A stretch of 64,000 nucleotides of DNA from Hydrurus foetidus (Eukaryota), in the NCBI GenBank assembly GCA_900617105.1, contig UYFQ01000001.1, positions 310,001-374,000 on the forward strand, given 5' to 3'. Shown here piece by piece: positions 23,108 through 33,106 of the stretch. Made by a program: the position numbers and the translations under genes. Position 1 is the stretch's first letter; every line of letters begins with the position of its first letter. A model generated the notes under the pieces. It was not told the DNA's origin, made no database searches, and was given only the letters and a program-made list of their open reading frames with translations.

Positions 23108-24577
23108 ATGACATCCCCCAGCCCCTGTAAAGCCAACGCCACCGCCAAAGTCATTCCCATCATTCCGGTTGGTGCGGGTGGTGGGGATGATGTTGACATG
23201 GTGTCCTTGTACGCCGCGCAGAAAACGATTCACCCGCGCACGGTGCAAGGCTTGTTCGCTCGTTGGCGCTGGGGCATGGTGTTTCTCACGCAATTGATTT
23301 TTTATGGCCTGCCCTGGTTGACGTTCGGCCAGCGCCAGGCGGTGCTGTTTGATCTCGAAGCTCGCCGGTTTTACCTCTTCAACTTGGTGCTTTACCCGCA
23401 AGACTTCATCTACTTGACGGGCTTGCTGGTGGTGTCGGCGCTGTCGCTGTTTTTGTTCACTGCGGTGGCGGGGCGCTTGTGGTGCGGCTTTACCTGCCCG
23501 CAAACGGTGTACAGCGAAATGTTCATGTGGATCGAGCGCAAGATCGAGGGCGACCGCATGGCGCGTATCCGGCTCGATGGCAGTGCCATGTCGCTGGAAA
23601 AGCTGGTGAAAAAATGGCTGAAGCACATTGTGTGGTTGGGCATCGCCCTGTGGACGGGGTTCAGCTTTGTGGGCTACTTCACCCCGGTGCGCGAACTGGG
23701 CATGGCGTTTTTTCACACCGATATGGGGTCGTGGAACGTGTTTTGGGTGTTCTTTTATGCCTTCGCGACCTATGGCAATGCCGGGTTCATGCGCGAGCAG
23801 GTGTGCAAATACATGTGCCCCTATGCGCGGTTTCAAAGCGCCATGTTCGACAAAGACACGCTGGTCGTGAGCTACGACACCGCCCGTGGCGAGCCACGCG
23901 GCGCCCGTTCGCGCAAGGCGGACAGCGTGGCCCTGGCGGCCGCCAATTTGGGCGCTTGTGTGGACTGCACGCTGTGCGTTCAGGTGTGCCCCACGGGCAT
24001 TGATATTCGCGAGGGTTTGCAGTACGAGTGCATCAGCTGCGGTGCCTGCGCCGATGTGTGCGACACGGTGATGGACAAAATGGGCTATGCCAAAGGCTTG
24101 GTGCGCTTTGCCACGCAAAACGGCATGGCGGCAGGCTGGACGCGGCAACAAATTTTGCGCCGTGTGTGGCGGCCCCGTGTGCTGATCTACACCGCTGTGC
24201 TGTGGCTGCTGTCGGGGGCGTTGCTGGTGAGCCTGTTCTTGCGCACGCCTTTGAAGGTGGACGTGGTGCGCGACCGGGCCGCCTTGGCACGCATTGTGTC
24301 CGGCGGTCAGCTGGAAAACGTCTACCGTTTGCAGGTGATGAACGCCACCGAATCGCCCCAGCGCTACCGCATCGCGGCACAGGGGCTGGCGGGCTTGACG
24401 GTGGCCTCTGACGAGATGGTGGATGTGGATGCAGCCCAATCTCGCTGGGTGGCGGTGCGCTTGCACATTCCGTATGGCTCCGCCACGCCGGGGGCGCACG
24501 CCGTGATGTTGGAGATTCAAAGCGCAGACGGCACAGCCCGTGTGCTTGAGAAATCTACTTTTTTAGTGCCTCGCTGA
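23108..24577 (+). CDS. ccoG: Cytochrome c oxidase accessory Fe-S protein
   Basis: GRLWCGFTCPQT, CKYMCPY and two CxxCxxCxxxC motifs. Confidence 0.95.
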   Translation: MTSPSPCKANATAKVIPIIPVGAGGGDDVDMVSLYAAQKTIHPRTVQGLFARWRWGMVFLTQLIFYGLPWLTFGQRQAVLFDLEARRFYLFNLVLYPQDFIYLTGLLVVSALSLFLFTAVAGRLWCGFTCPQTVYSEMFMWIERKIEGDRMARIRLDGSAMSLEKLVKKWLKHIVWLGIALWTGFSFVGYFTPVRELGMAFFHTDMGSWNVFWVFFYAFATYGNAGFMREQVCKYMCPYARFQSAMFDKDTLVVSYDTARGEPRGARSRKADSVALAAANLGACVDCTLCVQVCPTGIDIREGLQYECISCGACADVCDTVMDKMGYAKGLVRFATQNGMAAGWTRQQILRRVWRPRVLIYTAVLWLLSGALLVSLFLRTPLKVDVVRDRAALARIVSGGQLENVYRLQVMNATESPQRYRIAAQGLAGLTVASDEMVDVDAAQSRWVAVRLHIPYGSATPGAHAVMLEIQSADGTARVLEKSTFLVPR

Positions 24578-24593
24578 AGATCAGGACTTCGCC

Positions 24594-24929
24594 ATGAACG
24601 CTCAAACTCAAACCTCAATGCCCCATTCTCCACAGCCCTGGTGGCGCTACGGTCACGTCTGGTTGGTGATTGCAGGCCCCGCGCTGGTGGTGGTGGCTGC
24701 GTTGGTCACGGCGTGGATTGCTGTCACCCAGCAAGACCCCGTGCTCTCGCAAGACTATTACAGCCAGGGGCTGAACATCAACAAGACGCTGGCCAAACAG
24801 GGTTCGCTGGCCCCCGCGATGCAGGCGCGTAACCATGCGGCCACGCCGGTCGTGCCGACAGCGCCACAATCAACGCAACCACAGCAAGCACCGCTCGCGT
24901 CACCCTCTACAAACACACCTGCGGATTGA
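24594..24929 (+). CDS. ccoH: FixH/CcoH-like protein
   Basis: PWWRYGHVWLVIAGP...DYYSQGLNIN; position after ccoG. Confidence 0.82.
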   Translation: MNAQTQTSMPHSPQPWWRYGHVWLVIAGPALVVVAALVTAWIAVTQQDPVLSQDYYSQGLNINKTLAKQGSLAPAMQARNHAATPVVPTAPQSTQPQQAPLASPSTNTPAD

Positions 24930-25710
24930 CGATGCGCTTGAGGGCGTCGGTGTCGAGGATGCGGATGTGGCGCTGCTTGACCTCCACGGTGCCGTCTTCG
25001 ACGAACTTGGAAAAAGTGCGGCTCACGGTTTCCAGCTTCATGCCCAGGTAGCTGCCGATTTCTTCCCGCGTCATGCGCAGCGTGAGTTCCGATTGCGAAA
25101 ACCCTCTGGCATGGAGACGCTGCACCAGATTGAGCAAAAATGCGGCCAGCCGTTCTTCGGCCCGCATGCTGCCCAGCAGCAGCATCACGCCATGCTCGCG
25201 CACGATTTCACGGCTCATGATTTTGTGAACATGGCGCTGCAGCGCATTCACTTCGCGCGACAGCTCTTCAATGCGTTGGAAGGGCATCACGCAGACTTCA
25301 GCGTCTTCCAGCGCCACGGCATCGCAGGTGTGGTGGTCGTTCACGATACCGTCCAATCCGATGATTTCACCGGCCATTTGAAAGCCTGTGACCTGATCGC
25401 GTCCGTCTTCGGTGGTGACACAGGTCTTGAAGACGCCGGTGCGGATGGCAAACAACGAGGTGAAGGTATCGCCGTTGCGGAACAAGGCCTCCCCGCGTTT
25501 GACTTTGCGCCGCAGGGCCACCAGGTCATCAATGCGGTCAAGCTCTTCCGTGCTCAAGCCCAATGGCATGCACAGCTCGCGCAGGTTGCAGTTGGAGCAG
25601 GCGACTTTGAGGGTGTTGGGGCTCATGCGCTGGGGCAATGCAGGGTTTTGCACCTCAGTCGCAAGGGCATGGGATTCACTTTTATCACCGTATTTAATCG
25701 CATCAAGCAT
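24907..25710 (-). CDS. fnr: FNR-type O2-sensing regulator
   Basis: N-terminal CSNCNLRELC cluster and ETVSR helix. Confidence 0.93.
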   Translation of the reverse strand: MLDAIKYGDKSESHALATEVQNPALPQRMSPNTLKVACSNCNLRELCMPLGLSTEELDRIDDLVALRRKVKRGEALFRNGDTFTSLFAIRTGVFKTCVTTEDGRDQVTGFQMAGEIIGLDGIVNDHHTCDAVALEDAEVCVMPFQRIEELSREVNALQRHVHKIMSREIVREHGVMLLLGSMRAEERLAAFLLNLVQRLHARGFSQSELTLRMTREEIGSYLGMKLETVSRTFSKFVEDGTVEVKQRHIRILDTDALKRIVNPQVCL

Positions 25711-25759
25711 GAAAAACTCCTTTTATAAGGGATTGTCCATATAACGATATGCACTGCGC

Positions 25760-25773
25760 TTGATCAAGGTCAA
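25760..25773. promoter_or_regulatory. FNR box between divergent fnr and hemN
   Basis: TTGAT-CAAG-GTCAA with -10-like CACATT (plus, 25796-25801) and GACAAT (minus, 25737-25732). Confidence 0.82.
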
Positions 25774-25863
25774 AGAAGGTGCAGCCGCTTCACGGCACAT
25801 TGTGGCTATGCAACACACGCAATATAGACTTTTCGCACCATTGATGCCACAAAGGCGAACGCC

Positions 25864-27246
25864 ATGACACAGCTTACGTCCGAATTGCTGCGCCGCTTTG
25901 ATGTCCCAGGGCCACGCTACACCTCGTACCCGACCGCAGACCGGTTTGTCGAAGCCTTCACGGCGGACGACTACGCACAAGCACTGCACCAGCGCCATGC
26001 AGGGGGCGCTGCGTTCCGGGTGCCGCTGTCGCTGTATGTGCATATTCCGTTTTGCGAATCGCTGTGCTACTACTGCGCGTGCAACAAAATCATCACCAAA
26101 CGCCATGACCGTGCGGCATCGTACCTGCGGCAGCTGAGTACGGAGGTGGGCTTGCAGGTCGCGCAGTTGGGGCTGGGCCGTGTGGTAAGCCAGTTGCACC
26201 TGGGCGGGGGCAGTCCCACGTTTTTGACCGATGAGGAACTTGGTGAGTTGATGGCGATGCTGCGCCGCAATTTTGAATTCACCCCTGGTGGCGAGTATTC
26301 CATTGAGGTAGATCCCCGCACCGTTGACCCTGCTCGCTTGGGTGCGCTTGCTGCTTTGGGTTTTAACCGGCTGAGCTTTGGTGTGCAAGATTTTGACCCG
26401 GAGGTGCAAAAAGCGGTACACCGTGTGCAGCCTACACAGCAGGTGTTCGCGCTGGTGGACGCGGCACGCGCACTGGGGTTTGAGTCCATCAACATTGACC
26501 TGATCTACGGCTTGCCTCGGCAAACACCCGAGTCGTTGGCCCGCACTTTGGCGCAGGTGGTGCAGTTGCGCCCTGACCGCATCGCGCTGTACGCCTACGC
26601 CCATTTGCCTGAGCGGTTCAAGCCGCAGCGCCGCATCATCATTGCTGAGCTGCCCACGGCGGCCAACAAGGTGGCGATGCTGTCGGCGGCGCTGGAGGCG
26701 TTCATCGGGGCTGGCTATGTGTATGTCGGCATGGATCACTTTGCCTTGCCCACCGACGCGTTGGCTGTGGCCAAGCGGCAAGGGCGCTTGCACCGCAACT
26801 TTCAAGGCTATAGCCCGCAATTGGACGGTGATGTGATCGGTCTGGGCGTGTCGGCCATCGGGCGGGTGGGGGCCACCTACAGCCAAAATGCCAAAACCCT
26901 GGAGGAGTACGCCGACCATTTGGCGCAAGGCCGTTTGCCCGTGGTGCGTGGCTTGGCATTGAACCGGGACGATCTGGTGCGCCGCGCCATCATCATGGCC
27001 TTGATGTGCCAGGGAGAGGTGCAGTTCGAGTCGATTGAACTGGCCTATCTGCTTGATTTTCAAAGCAGCTTTGCGGCTGAGCTGCGTGCCCTGCAACCGT
27101 TGGAGGAGGAGGGCATGGTGACGGTCAGCGCCACCGGCATTCAAGTTACAGCCCTGGGGTGGTTTTTTGTCCGCGCGGTGGCGATGGTGTTTGACCGCTA
27201 CTTGCAAGCCGACCGCAACCGTGCCCGTTTTTCACGCATCCTCTGA
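25864..27246 (+). CDS. hemN: Oxygen-independent coproporphyrinogen III oxidase
   Basis: GPRYTSYPTA, the radical-SAM motif CESLCYYCAC, and LHRNFQGY. Confidence 0.96.
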   Translation: MTQLTSELLRRFDVPGPRYTSYPTADRFVEAFTADDYAQALHQRHAGGAAFRVPLSLYVHIPFCESLCYYCACNKIITKRHDRAASYLRQLSTEVGLQVAQLGLGRVVSQLHLGGGSPTFLTDEELGELMAMLRRNFEFTPGGEYSIEVDPRTVDPARLGALAALGFNRLSFGVQDFDPEVQKAVHRVQPTQQVFALVDAARALGFESINIDLIYGLPRQTPESLARTLAQVVQLRPDRIALYAYAHLPERFKPQRRIIIAELPTAANKVAMLSAALEAFIGAGYVYVGMDHFALPTDALAVAKRQGRLHRNFQGYSPQLDGDVIGLGVSAIGRVGATYSQNAKTLEEYADHLAQGRLPVVRGLALNRDDLVRRAIIMALMCQGEVQFESIELAYLLDFQSSFAAELRALQPLEEEGMVTVSATGIQVTALGWFFVRAVAMVFDRYLQADRNRARFSRIL

Positions 27247-27267
27247 TGCCACGCTGACACCTCCCAG

Positions 27268-27996
27268 ATGTCAAACGGACTCGCCTGGACGGCGCTGCTG
27301 ATGGGTTTGGCCGGTGGCCCGCATTGCGCAGCCATGTGCGGTGCCGCCTGCGGTGGGGTGGTGCGCTTGTCTGGCAGCCATGGGTCGGGCATGTTGACGT
27401 TCCAGGTGGGCCGTTTGCTGGGCTATGCCGTCGCTGGTGGTGCTGCTGCTTTCGCGGTACAAAACTTGGTATGGCTGACCCGCCTGACCCCTGCGCTGCG
27501 CCCCGTTGGAACCCTGTTTCATGGGGCGCTCTTGGTGTGGGGCTTGATGCTGCTGGTGCTGGCACGGCAACCGCTGTGGGTGGACGGCATGGGTCGCCGC
27601 GTCTGGGCACGGTTGAAACTCCAGCTTCAGCCTTCGCCTCCCCTTCAGTCCAAAGACAACGGTAAAAGCCGTCGCTTATGGGTATTTGCCGTTGGCGCTG
27701 CTTGGGCGGTGATGCCTTGCGGCTTGCTCTACTCCGCCCTGTTCGTCGCCTCTTTGAGCGGCGGGCCGCTGGACGGTGCCGCAGCGATGGCCTTGTTCGC
27801 CGTAGGCAGTGGCCTCACGCTGGCCGTGGGGCCGTGGTTGTGGCTGCGTTTACAGGCTTGGCGCGACCCCCGACGCCAAGCGTGGGGCATGCGAGCCGCT
27901 GGCGCATCGCTGACCGTGGTGGCCGCATGGGCCTTGGTGCATGAGATGGACCCGCGTGTGCTGGCGGTTTGCCGCACGGCGCTGGGGGTTGGGTAA
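27268..27996 (+). CDS. DsbD_2/TauE-like membrane protein (cbb3-associated)
   Basis: GGPHCAAMCG and MPCGLLYS motifs. Confidence 0.85.
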   Translation: MSNGLAWTALLMGLAGGPHCAAMCGAACGGVVRLSGSHGSGMLTFQVGRLLGYAVAGGAAAFAVQNLVWLTRLTPALRPVGTLFHGALLVWGLMLLVLARQPLWVDGMGRRVWARLKLQLQPSPPLQSKDNGKSRRLWVFAVGAAWAVMPCGLLYSALFVASLSGGPLDGAAAMALFAVGSGLTLAVGPWLWLRLQAWRDPRRQAWGMRAAGASLTVVAAWALVHEMDPRVLAVCRTALGVG

Positions 27997-28000
27997 GCTC

Positions 28001-29668
28001 TTATTTCCCTTTGCCAAATATCCCGCCCAACACCCCGCGCAAAATCTCTTTGCCCACGCTGGTGCCGATGGTTCGCACGGCTGAGCGGGCCATCGACTGC
28101 GCCAGACCATCATGCTTGCCGCCGCGTGGGCCGGTGGTGCCGAAGAGCAAATCGTTCAGTCCGCTCAAAATCGCGCCGCCTGTTGAGGGGCCTTCGGGCG
28201 CAGCGGGTGCCGTAGGCGCTGTTTGTTCGCCGTAACTGATGCCTGCACCCATGGTGGTGTTGGTGCGGGTGGCGGGCGCGGTGGCGCTGAAATTGCCACT
28301 CATATCGACACCCGCACCCACTGGCGGTGGCGTGTTGGGTGTGCTGGCGGCTGTGTTCTGCGGGGCTTCACCCATGCGCTCATCCGTGCGGCCTTTGATT
28401 TTTTCGTAGGCTGATTCGCGGTCAACCATCTTTTCGTAGACCCCGGCAACGATGGATTCGGCCAGCAATGTTTTGCGCTGCTCTGCCGTGATGGGGCCGA
28501 TTTGCGAGGTGGGCGGGCGCACAAAGACGCGCTCGGTCACGCTGGGGCGGCCTTTGTCGTCCAGGAAGCTGACGAGGGCTTCGCCCACGGCCAAGTCGGT
28601 GATGGCGGCGCCAATGTCCAGCTTGGGGTTGGGCCGCATGGTCTCGGCGGCGGATTTGACGGCTTTTTGATCGCGTGGTGTGAAGGCCCGCAGCGCGTGT
28701 TGCACGCGGTTGCCCAGCTGCGCGAGCACGCTGTCAGGCACGTCCAGCGGGTTTTGCGTGACGAAGTAGACACCCACACCTTTGGAGCGCACCAGACGCA
28801 CCACCAGCTCGATGCGCTCTTGCAGGGCTTTGGGCGCGTCTTTGAAGAGCAAGTGCGCTTCGTCGAAGAAGAACACCAGCTTGGGTTTGTCCAAGTCGCC
28901 CACTTCGGGCAGGGTTTCATACAGCTCACTCAGCAGCCACAGCAAAAAGGTGGCGTACAGGCGGGGCGAGTTCATCAGCTTGTCCGCCGCCAAGATGTTG
29001 ATGACACCTCGGCCCGAGACGGTTTGCATGAAGTCTTCGATGTTGAGCATGGGCTCGCCAAAGAACTGGTCGCCACCTTGCATCTCGATTTGCAGCAGGC
29101 CACGCTGGATGGCCCCGATGCTGGCGGCGCTGATGTTGCCGTATTCGGTGGTGAAGCTGCTGCCGTTGTCACCGACAAACTGGCACATGGCACGCAGGTC
29201 TTTCATGTCCAGCAGCAGCAAACCCTGGTCGTCCGCGATTTTGAAGACCAGTTGCATCACGCCGGATTGAATGTCGTTCAAATCCAACATCCGAGCCAGC
29301 AGCAACGGGCCTAAATCACTCACCGTAGCCCGTACGGGGTGGCCTTGTTCGCCAAAAACGTCCCACAGGGTGGTGGGGAAGGAATCCGATTCAGGCACCG
29401 CAATGCCACGTTCAGCCAAGATGGCCGCCAGCTTGGGGCTGATGTCACCGGGCTGCGAGATCCCCGTCAAATCGCCTTTGATGTCGGCCATGAAAACCGG
29501 CACGCCAATGCGCGAAAACCCCTCGGCCAGCGTTTGCAAGCTGATGGTTTTACCCGTTCCCGTAGCCCCAGTGATCAGCCCGTGGCGGTTGGCCTTGTCG
29601 GGCAGCATCAGGCATTCAATGAGATCAGGGCCAGTGCCGTGCTGGGCAACGAGGATGGGGTCGGACAT
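28001..29668 (-). CDS. HerA-like ATPase, DUF853/YjgR family
   Basis: [23 protein letters not shown] and [10 protein letters not shown] motifs; GAGGTG RBS. Confidence 0.92.
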   Translation of the reverse strand: MSDPILVAQHGTGPDLIECLMLPDKANRHGLITGATGTGKTISLQTLAEGFSRIGVPVFMADIKGDLTGISQPGDISPKLAAILAERGIAVPESDSFPTTLWDVFGEQGHPVRATVSDLGPLLLARMLDLNDIQSGVMQLVFKIADDQGLLLLDMKDLRAMCQFVGDNGSSFTTEYGNISAASIGAIQRGLLQIEMQGGDQFFGEPMLNIEDFMQTVSGRGVINILAADKLMNSPRLYATFLLWLLSELYETLPEVGDLDKPKLVFFFDEAHLLFKDAPKALQERIELVVRLVRSKGVGVYFVTQNPLDVPDSVLAQLGNRVQHALRAFTPRDQKAVKSAAETMRPNPKLDIGAAITDLAVGEALVSFLDDKGRPSVTERVFVRPPTSQIGPITAEQRKTLLAESIVAGVYEKMVDRESAYEKIKGRTDERMGEAPQNTAASTPNTPPPVGAGVDMSGNFSATAPATRTNTTMGAGISYGEQTAPTAPAAPEGPSTGGAILSGLNDLLFGTTGPRGGKHDGLAQSMARSAVRTIGTSVGKEILRGVLGGIFGKGK

Positions 29669-29691
29669 AGTGGGCACCTCTAAATAGGGGG

Positions 29692-29859
29692 TCAATCGGG
29701 TTGATGAATGGGTTGAATGAGCGGCTGATGAACCGGCTGATAAAGCGGAATACCCGCTTGCTGGGCCGCAGCGCACAGCGCTTCGTCAAAGGTGGCCAGG
29801 GGCAGCTTGCGGCGCAAGGCCAGTTGCAAATACTGTGCGTCGTAGCTGGTCAAACGGTG
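29692..29859 (-). pseudogene. 3' remnant of a VapC/PIN toxin gene
   Basis: Translates as [32 protein letters not shown]... with an in-frame stop shortly upstream and no N-terminal PIN motif. Confidence 0.7.
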
Positions 29860-29969
29860 GGGGTGGAACGAGCAGGAACATGGCAGGCCAACAAAACGTC
29901 AAAGGCACATTCGGCAACCACGGCTCACCTGCCGCCCAACTGCGAGCGTTCGGTTGCCTGAAAACTCAC

Positions 29970-30278
29970 TTATGTGGCCAGTTTGAGCTGGGGGTGCATA
30001 CCAGCGCGAGCTGCCAACGTCAGCAGCATGTCCAGACTGAAGTCTTGCCAGACACCCTTGATGAGTTTGGAGACTCTAGGCTGGGTAATGCCCAGTTGTT
30101 TGGCTGCTTCTAGCTGCGTCCAGCCTTTTGATTTAAGACGCTGTTCAATCCGAATCATGATTTCTGCTCGCATGGCCATGATCTCAGCCTCTGCTGGGTC
30201 AAAGCCAAGATCAATGAATACATTGCCACTGCTAGGCGTAACACGGGTATCGTTTAAGCGGGGATCATTTTTGTGCAT
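29970..30278 (-). CDS. XRE/HTH antitoxin (HigA-like)
   Basis: SSGNVFIDLGF and TQLEAAKQLGITQPRVSKL motifs. Confidence 0.88.
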   Translation of the reverse strand: MHKNDPRLNDTRVTPSSGNVFIDLGFDPAEAEIMAMRAEIMIRIEQRLKSKGWTQLEAAKQLGITQPRVSKLIKGVWQDFSLDMLLTLAARAGMHPQLKLAT

Positions 30279-30609
30279 GGACTAACTCCAAAACCTGTTT
30301 ATACCGTTTGCTTGCAAGGTCAAGGTCTTCTTTGCGTGTTTTCTGTGTCTTTTTCTGAAAGGCGTGCAGAACATAGATGGCCGACTCAAATTTTGTGACA
30401 AAGATTGCACGCCATGCGCCTTCGATGCGCACCCGCACCTCATAAACACCACTGCCCACACTGGGCATGGGCTTGAAGTCAGTTGGCATACCGCCATACT
30501 GCACGCGCATAAGCTCCAAGCCTATTTCGTGGCGCACTGCCAATGGAAACTCACGCAAATCGTCTTGGCTACTGCCTATAAATTCCAAGAACTTCAGTGT
30601 GGGTTCCAT
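30265..30609 (-). CDS. RelE/ParE (HigB/Gp49-like) toxin
   Basis: DFKPMPSVGSGVYEVR and YVLHAFQKKTQKT motifs. Toxin-first order; extended -10 TGATATAAT ends 6 nt before the ATG. Confidence 0.88.
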   Translation of the reverse strand: MEPTLKFLEFIGSSQDDLREFPLAVRHEIGLELMRVQYGGMPTDFKPMPSVGSGVYEVRVRIEGAWRAIFVTKFESAIYVLHAFQKKTQKTRKEDLDLASKRYKQVLELVHAQK

Positions 30610-30627
30610 GCTTGAATTATATCAATA

Positions 30628-30668
30628 CTTGTCTAAATATGCGGGTAATTGCATTAAGGCTCAACGTT
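30628..30668. repeat. 41-bp direct repeat, copy 1 (TA leader plus attC core)
   Basis: CTTGTCTAAATATGCGGGTAATTGCATTAAGGCTCAACGTT; 38/41 identical to 36882-36922. Confidence 0.9.
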
Positions 30669-30730
30669 TGACATGAGGGGTGGCCGAAAGGCGTAGCCTT
30701 TTGGGCATCCCCTCGATGGAAGGGTTAGCT
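30659..30730 (-). other. Integron attC site
   Basis: Minus strand: R'' AGCTAAC (contains the upstream gene's stop) and R' GTTGAGC, with the imperfect palindrome GAGGGG...AAAGGC/GCCTTT...CCCCTC; 72 bp. Confidence 0.85.
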
Positions 30731-31068
30731 TTCTTCTGCGCCATACGCCCACTCTCTGCTCGCAATGATGTGGCGTTGACCACAGGCAGTGCACTCAAAT
30801 CTAACGAATAAGGTTAGATCGTGCTTGCCACGATCTGAACCGGCTGTTGGACGAGCCCGGTTTTGGGCGACGCTTCTCGCCCACTGCAAATATCTTTTTG
30901 AAGTCCCCGGTGGAATGTGTGTTTGCGTAGCGCCTGCGTGATGGCGACTACGTAGAGGGTGGCGTTGCGGCACCTGAGATCAAGCAAAGCAAGGTGCTGT
31001 TGCTGTTTTTGGCCGAGCGCTGACACAGCACCAACTGGGCACTGCCGGGGCCGATGATGCTTTGAGAA

Positions 31069-32178
31069 TTACTGGCTCGTGCAGGCCTCACTTGGTGCGC
31101 TTGGCGGCGCTTTTGGGGGTGTCGTGATGCGCCGCCGAATGACGGTCATCGCGCCGCCACAACAGGCGCATGTCCATTGTGCTCGAGGTGTTGCGTTTGC
31201 TGGCGCTGCGTTTGCCCGCTTGAACACCAGCAACTTCAGCAGTGCAATCAGCCGCTTGCTGTTGGGGTGCAGGAAGCCAAAGTTACGCGCTCGCCTGAAG
31301 CCTTTGGGCAAGACGTGCTGTAACACCAGCCGCAAAAACTCTGCGCCGCTGACGGTGCGTGTGGCCATCTTCTGGGTCTTGCTGTCCCGCCAGCGGTACG
31401 TCACGGTTTTTTCGTCGCAACGCAGGATGTCTTTCTCCTGAATCACCCCTCGGTACAAGTAGCGCCCCAGATAGACCAAGGCCTTCTTGCCATCGCCCAC
31501 CCCCTTGCAATCGACCACCCAGTCTTTGGGCAAGTTGTTTGGAATACTCAAACCTTGATCGCGCAAAGCCGACAAGAACTTGCCGCGAAACACTTTGGCC
31601 AAGGCCTCGTGATTAAACAAATAGCCCTTGCCTTTGCTACTGCGGCGCAAGCTGCGCCACAGACCCTTGTCGGCATCCAGCGCTGCCCCTGGCATGACCA
31701 TGTGCACATGGGGATGGAATTCCAATTGCCGCGAATGCGTGTGCAGCACGGCCACGGCACCAGGCGTGCCTTGCAACTGTCGGTGGTTCTGGCTGAACGT
31801 GCGTAGCGTCTGCCAGGCGCAATCCATCAAGGCGGTGTAGACGACACGTTGGTGCTGCCACGCCAGCGCTCTCAGTTCTGCGGGCAAAGTGAACGTGATC
31901 AGAAAGTAGTTGCCCGGCACCAGCGCTTTAGTTTGTCGCTCTGTCCAAGCTTGGCTCTCATGGTGCTGGCAGTGCGGACAATTGCGGTGACCGCACGAAT
32001 GCGGCACGACACGTTGTTCGCCACAGTCACCACACTGGGCCAGCATGCACGGGGCCAAGGCGGTGCGGCAGCGCCGCATGGCGTTGAGCGCTTGGCGTTG
32101 TGGGTGAGCGGCGCACCGGGGGTATTGGCTGAGGTAGTCCGCGCCAAAGCGCTCGATGAGATGGACAAGCGGGATCAT
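31069..32178 (-). CDS. IS91-family (HUH, Y2) transposase with N-terminal Zn ribbon
   Basis: CGDC...[14 protein letters not shown] motif HPHVH, and YLGRY (YxxxY). ATG overlaps the recombinase stop (ATGA). Confidence 0.9.
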   Translation of the reverse strand: MIPLVHLIERFGADYLSQYPRCAAHPQRQALNAMRRCRTALAPCMLAQCGDCGEQRVVPHSCGHRNCPHCQHHESQAWTERQTKALVPGNYFLITFTLPAELRALAWQHQRVVYTALMDCAWQTLRTFSQNHRQLQGTPGAVAVLHTHSRQLEFHPHVHMVMPGAALDADKGLWRSLRRSSKGKGYLFNHEALAKVFRGKFLSALRDQGLSIPNNLPKDWVVDCKGVGDGKKALVYLGRYLYRGVIQEKDILRCDEKTVTYRWRDSKTQKMATRTVSGAEFLRLVLQHVLPKGFRRARNFGFLHPNSKRLIALLKLLVFKRANAAPANATPRAQWTCACCGGAMTVIRRRITTPPKAPPSAPSEACTSQ

Positions 32179-33106
32179 TTGACACCCGCCCAATCGAGAT
32201 GGAAGCGGCCCATCAGGGTTTCGATCTTCGTGCTGGCTTGCGTGTGGGTGCCGTGCGTCAGGTGGGTGTAACGGGTGGTGGTGAGGATGCTGTGGTGGCC
32301 CAGAATCTTCTGCACTTCCAGCAGATCTACCCCGGCTTCGATCAGGTGCGTGGCATAGCTGTGGCGCAGGCTGTGCGGAGTGATCTTTTTTTTAGGCCGC
32401 AATCCAGCGTGACTTGATGCAGCGTCTTTTGCACGCCGCCTCGGTCTAGGGGCGTGCGTGCCGCATGCGCCCCCGCCAGGCCGCCCAAGCGGTTGGGGAA
32501 CAGCAACTCAGGGTTGCGGTGGGTTTGCCAAAAGCGACGCAGCACATCCAGGGTCATGACGGGCAGTGGCACGAAGCGGTCGCGGTTGCCTTTGGAGTCG
32601 CGTATGTGCACGCGCTGGCGTACCGCATCAATGTCACTGACCTTCAAGGCCAGGCCTTCGCTCAGGCGCAGGCCCATGCTGTAAACGGTGAAGTAGAACA
32701 CCCGGTAGCTCAAGACCCGCGTGGCCATGAACAGGGTTTGCGCTTCTTCGACGGTGACGATGTCGGGCAGGCGCTGCACCTTGGGCGGTTTGATGAAGTT
32801 GGGCATGGCCCAGGGTTTGCCCAGCACGTGCAGGGTGTAGAACTTGAAGCCATAGAGGTCAAGCTTGACGGCGCTCCACGAGTGGGAGGCGATCAGGTCG
32901 CTGAAGTAATCGGTGAGTTGTGCGGGGGTCAACACATCAAGCCGGAAATCAAAGTAGTCGCCCATGCGCCGGATGGCACGGGCATAGGCGTCAATGGTTT
33001 TGGGTTGCAGGCCTTTGAGCTTGAGGTGCTGCAAGTGGGTGCGGTACGCGCTGGAAAAGGGTTCAGGAAAGGCAACGGGGTCAAAGCCGCCGGGATGGGT
33101 GGACAT
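32175..33106 (-). CDS. Tyrosine recombinase (SAM-like N-terminus), split by a -1 frameshift at an A8 run
   Basis: Frame 0 has GLRLSE and SKGNRDR. The -1 frame has HSLRH, LGH and TTRYTH. T8 run at 32386-32393; 310 aa if fused. Confidence 0.85.

Noticed and set aside
29695..29742. Degenerate 12-bp tandem repeat ([15 protein letters not shown])
   Set aside because: Low-complexity tail of the vapC remnant with no evidence of function.
30725..31026. ORFs 30725-30973 and 30814-31026 as independent genes
   Set aside because: They are element end sequence; the first is fused to the last 25 codons of the interrupted cassette gene.
32175..33106. The recombinase as the integron integrase IntI of the array
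   Set aside because: It lies inside an element that interrupts a cassette gene, is not next to the attI-like site, and appears to lack the IntI-specific insertion.
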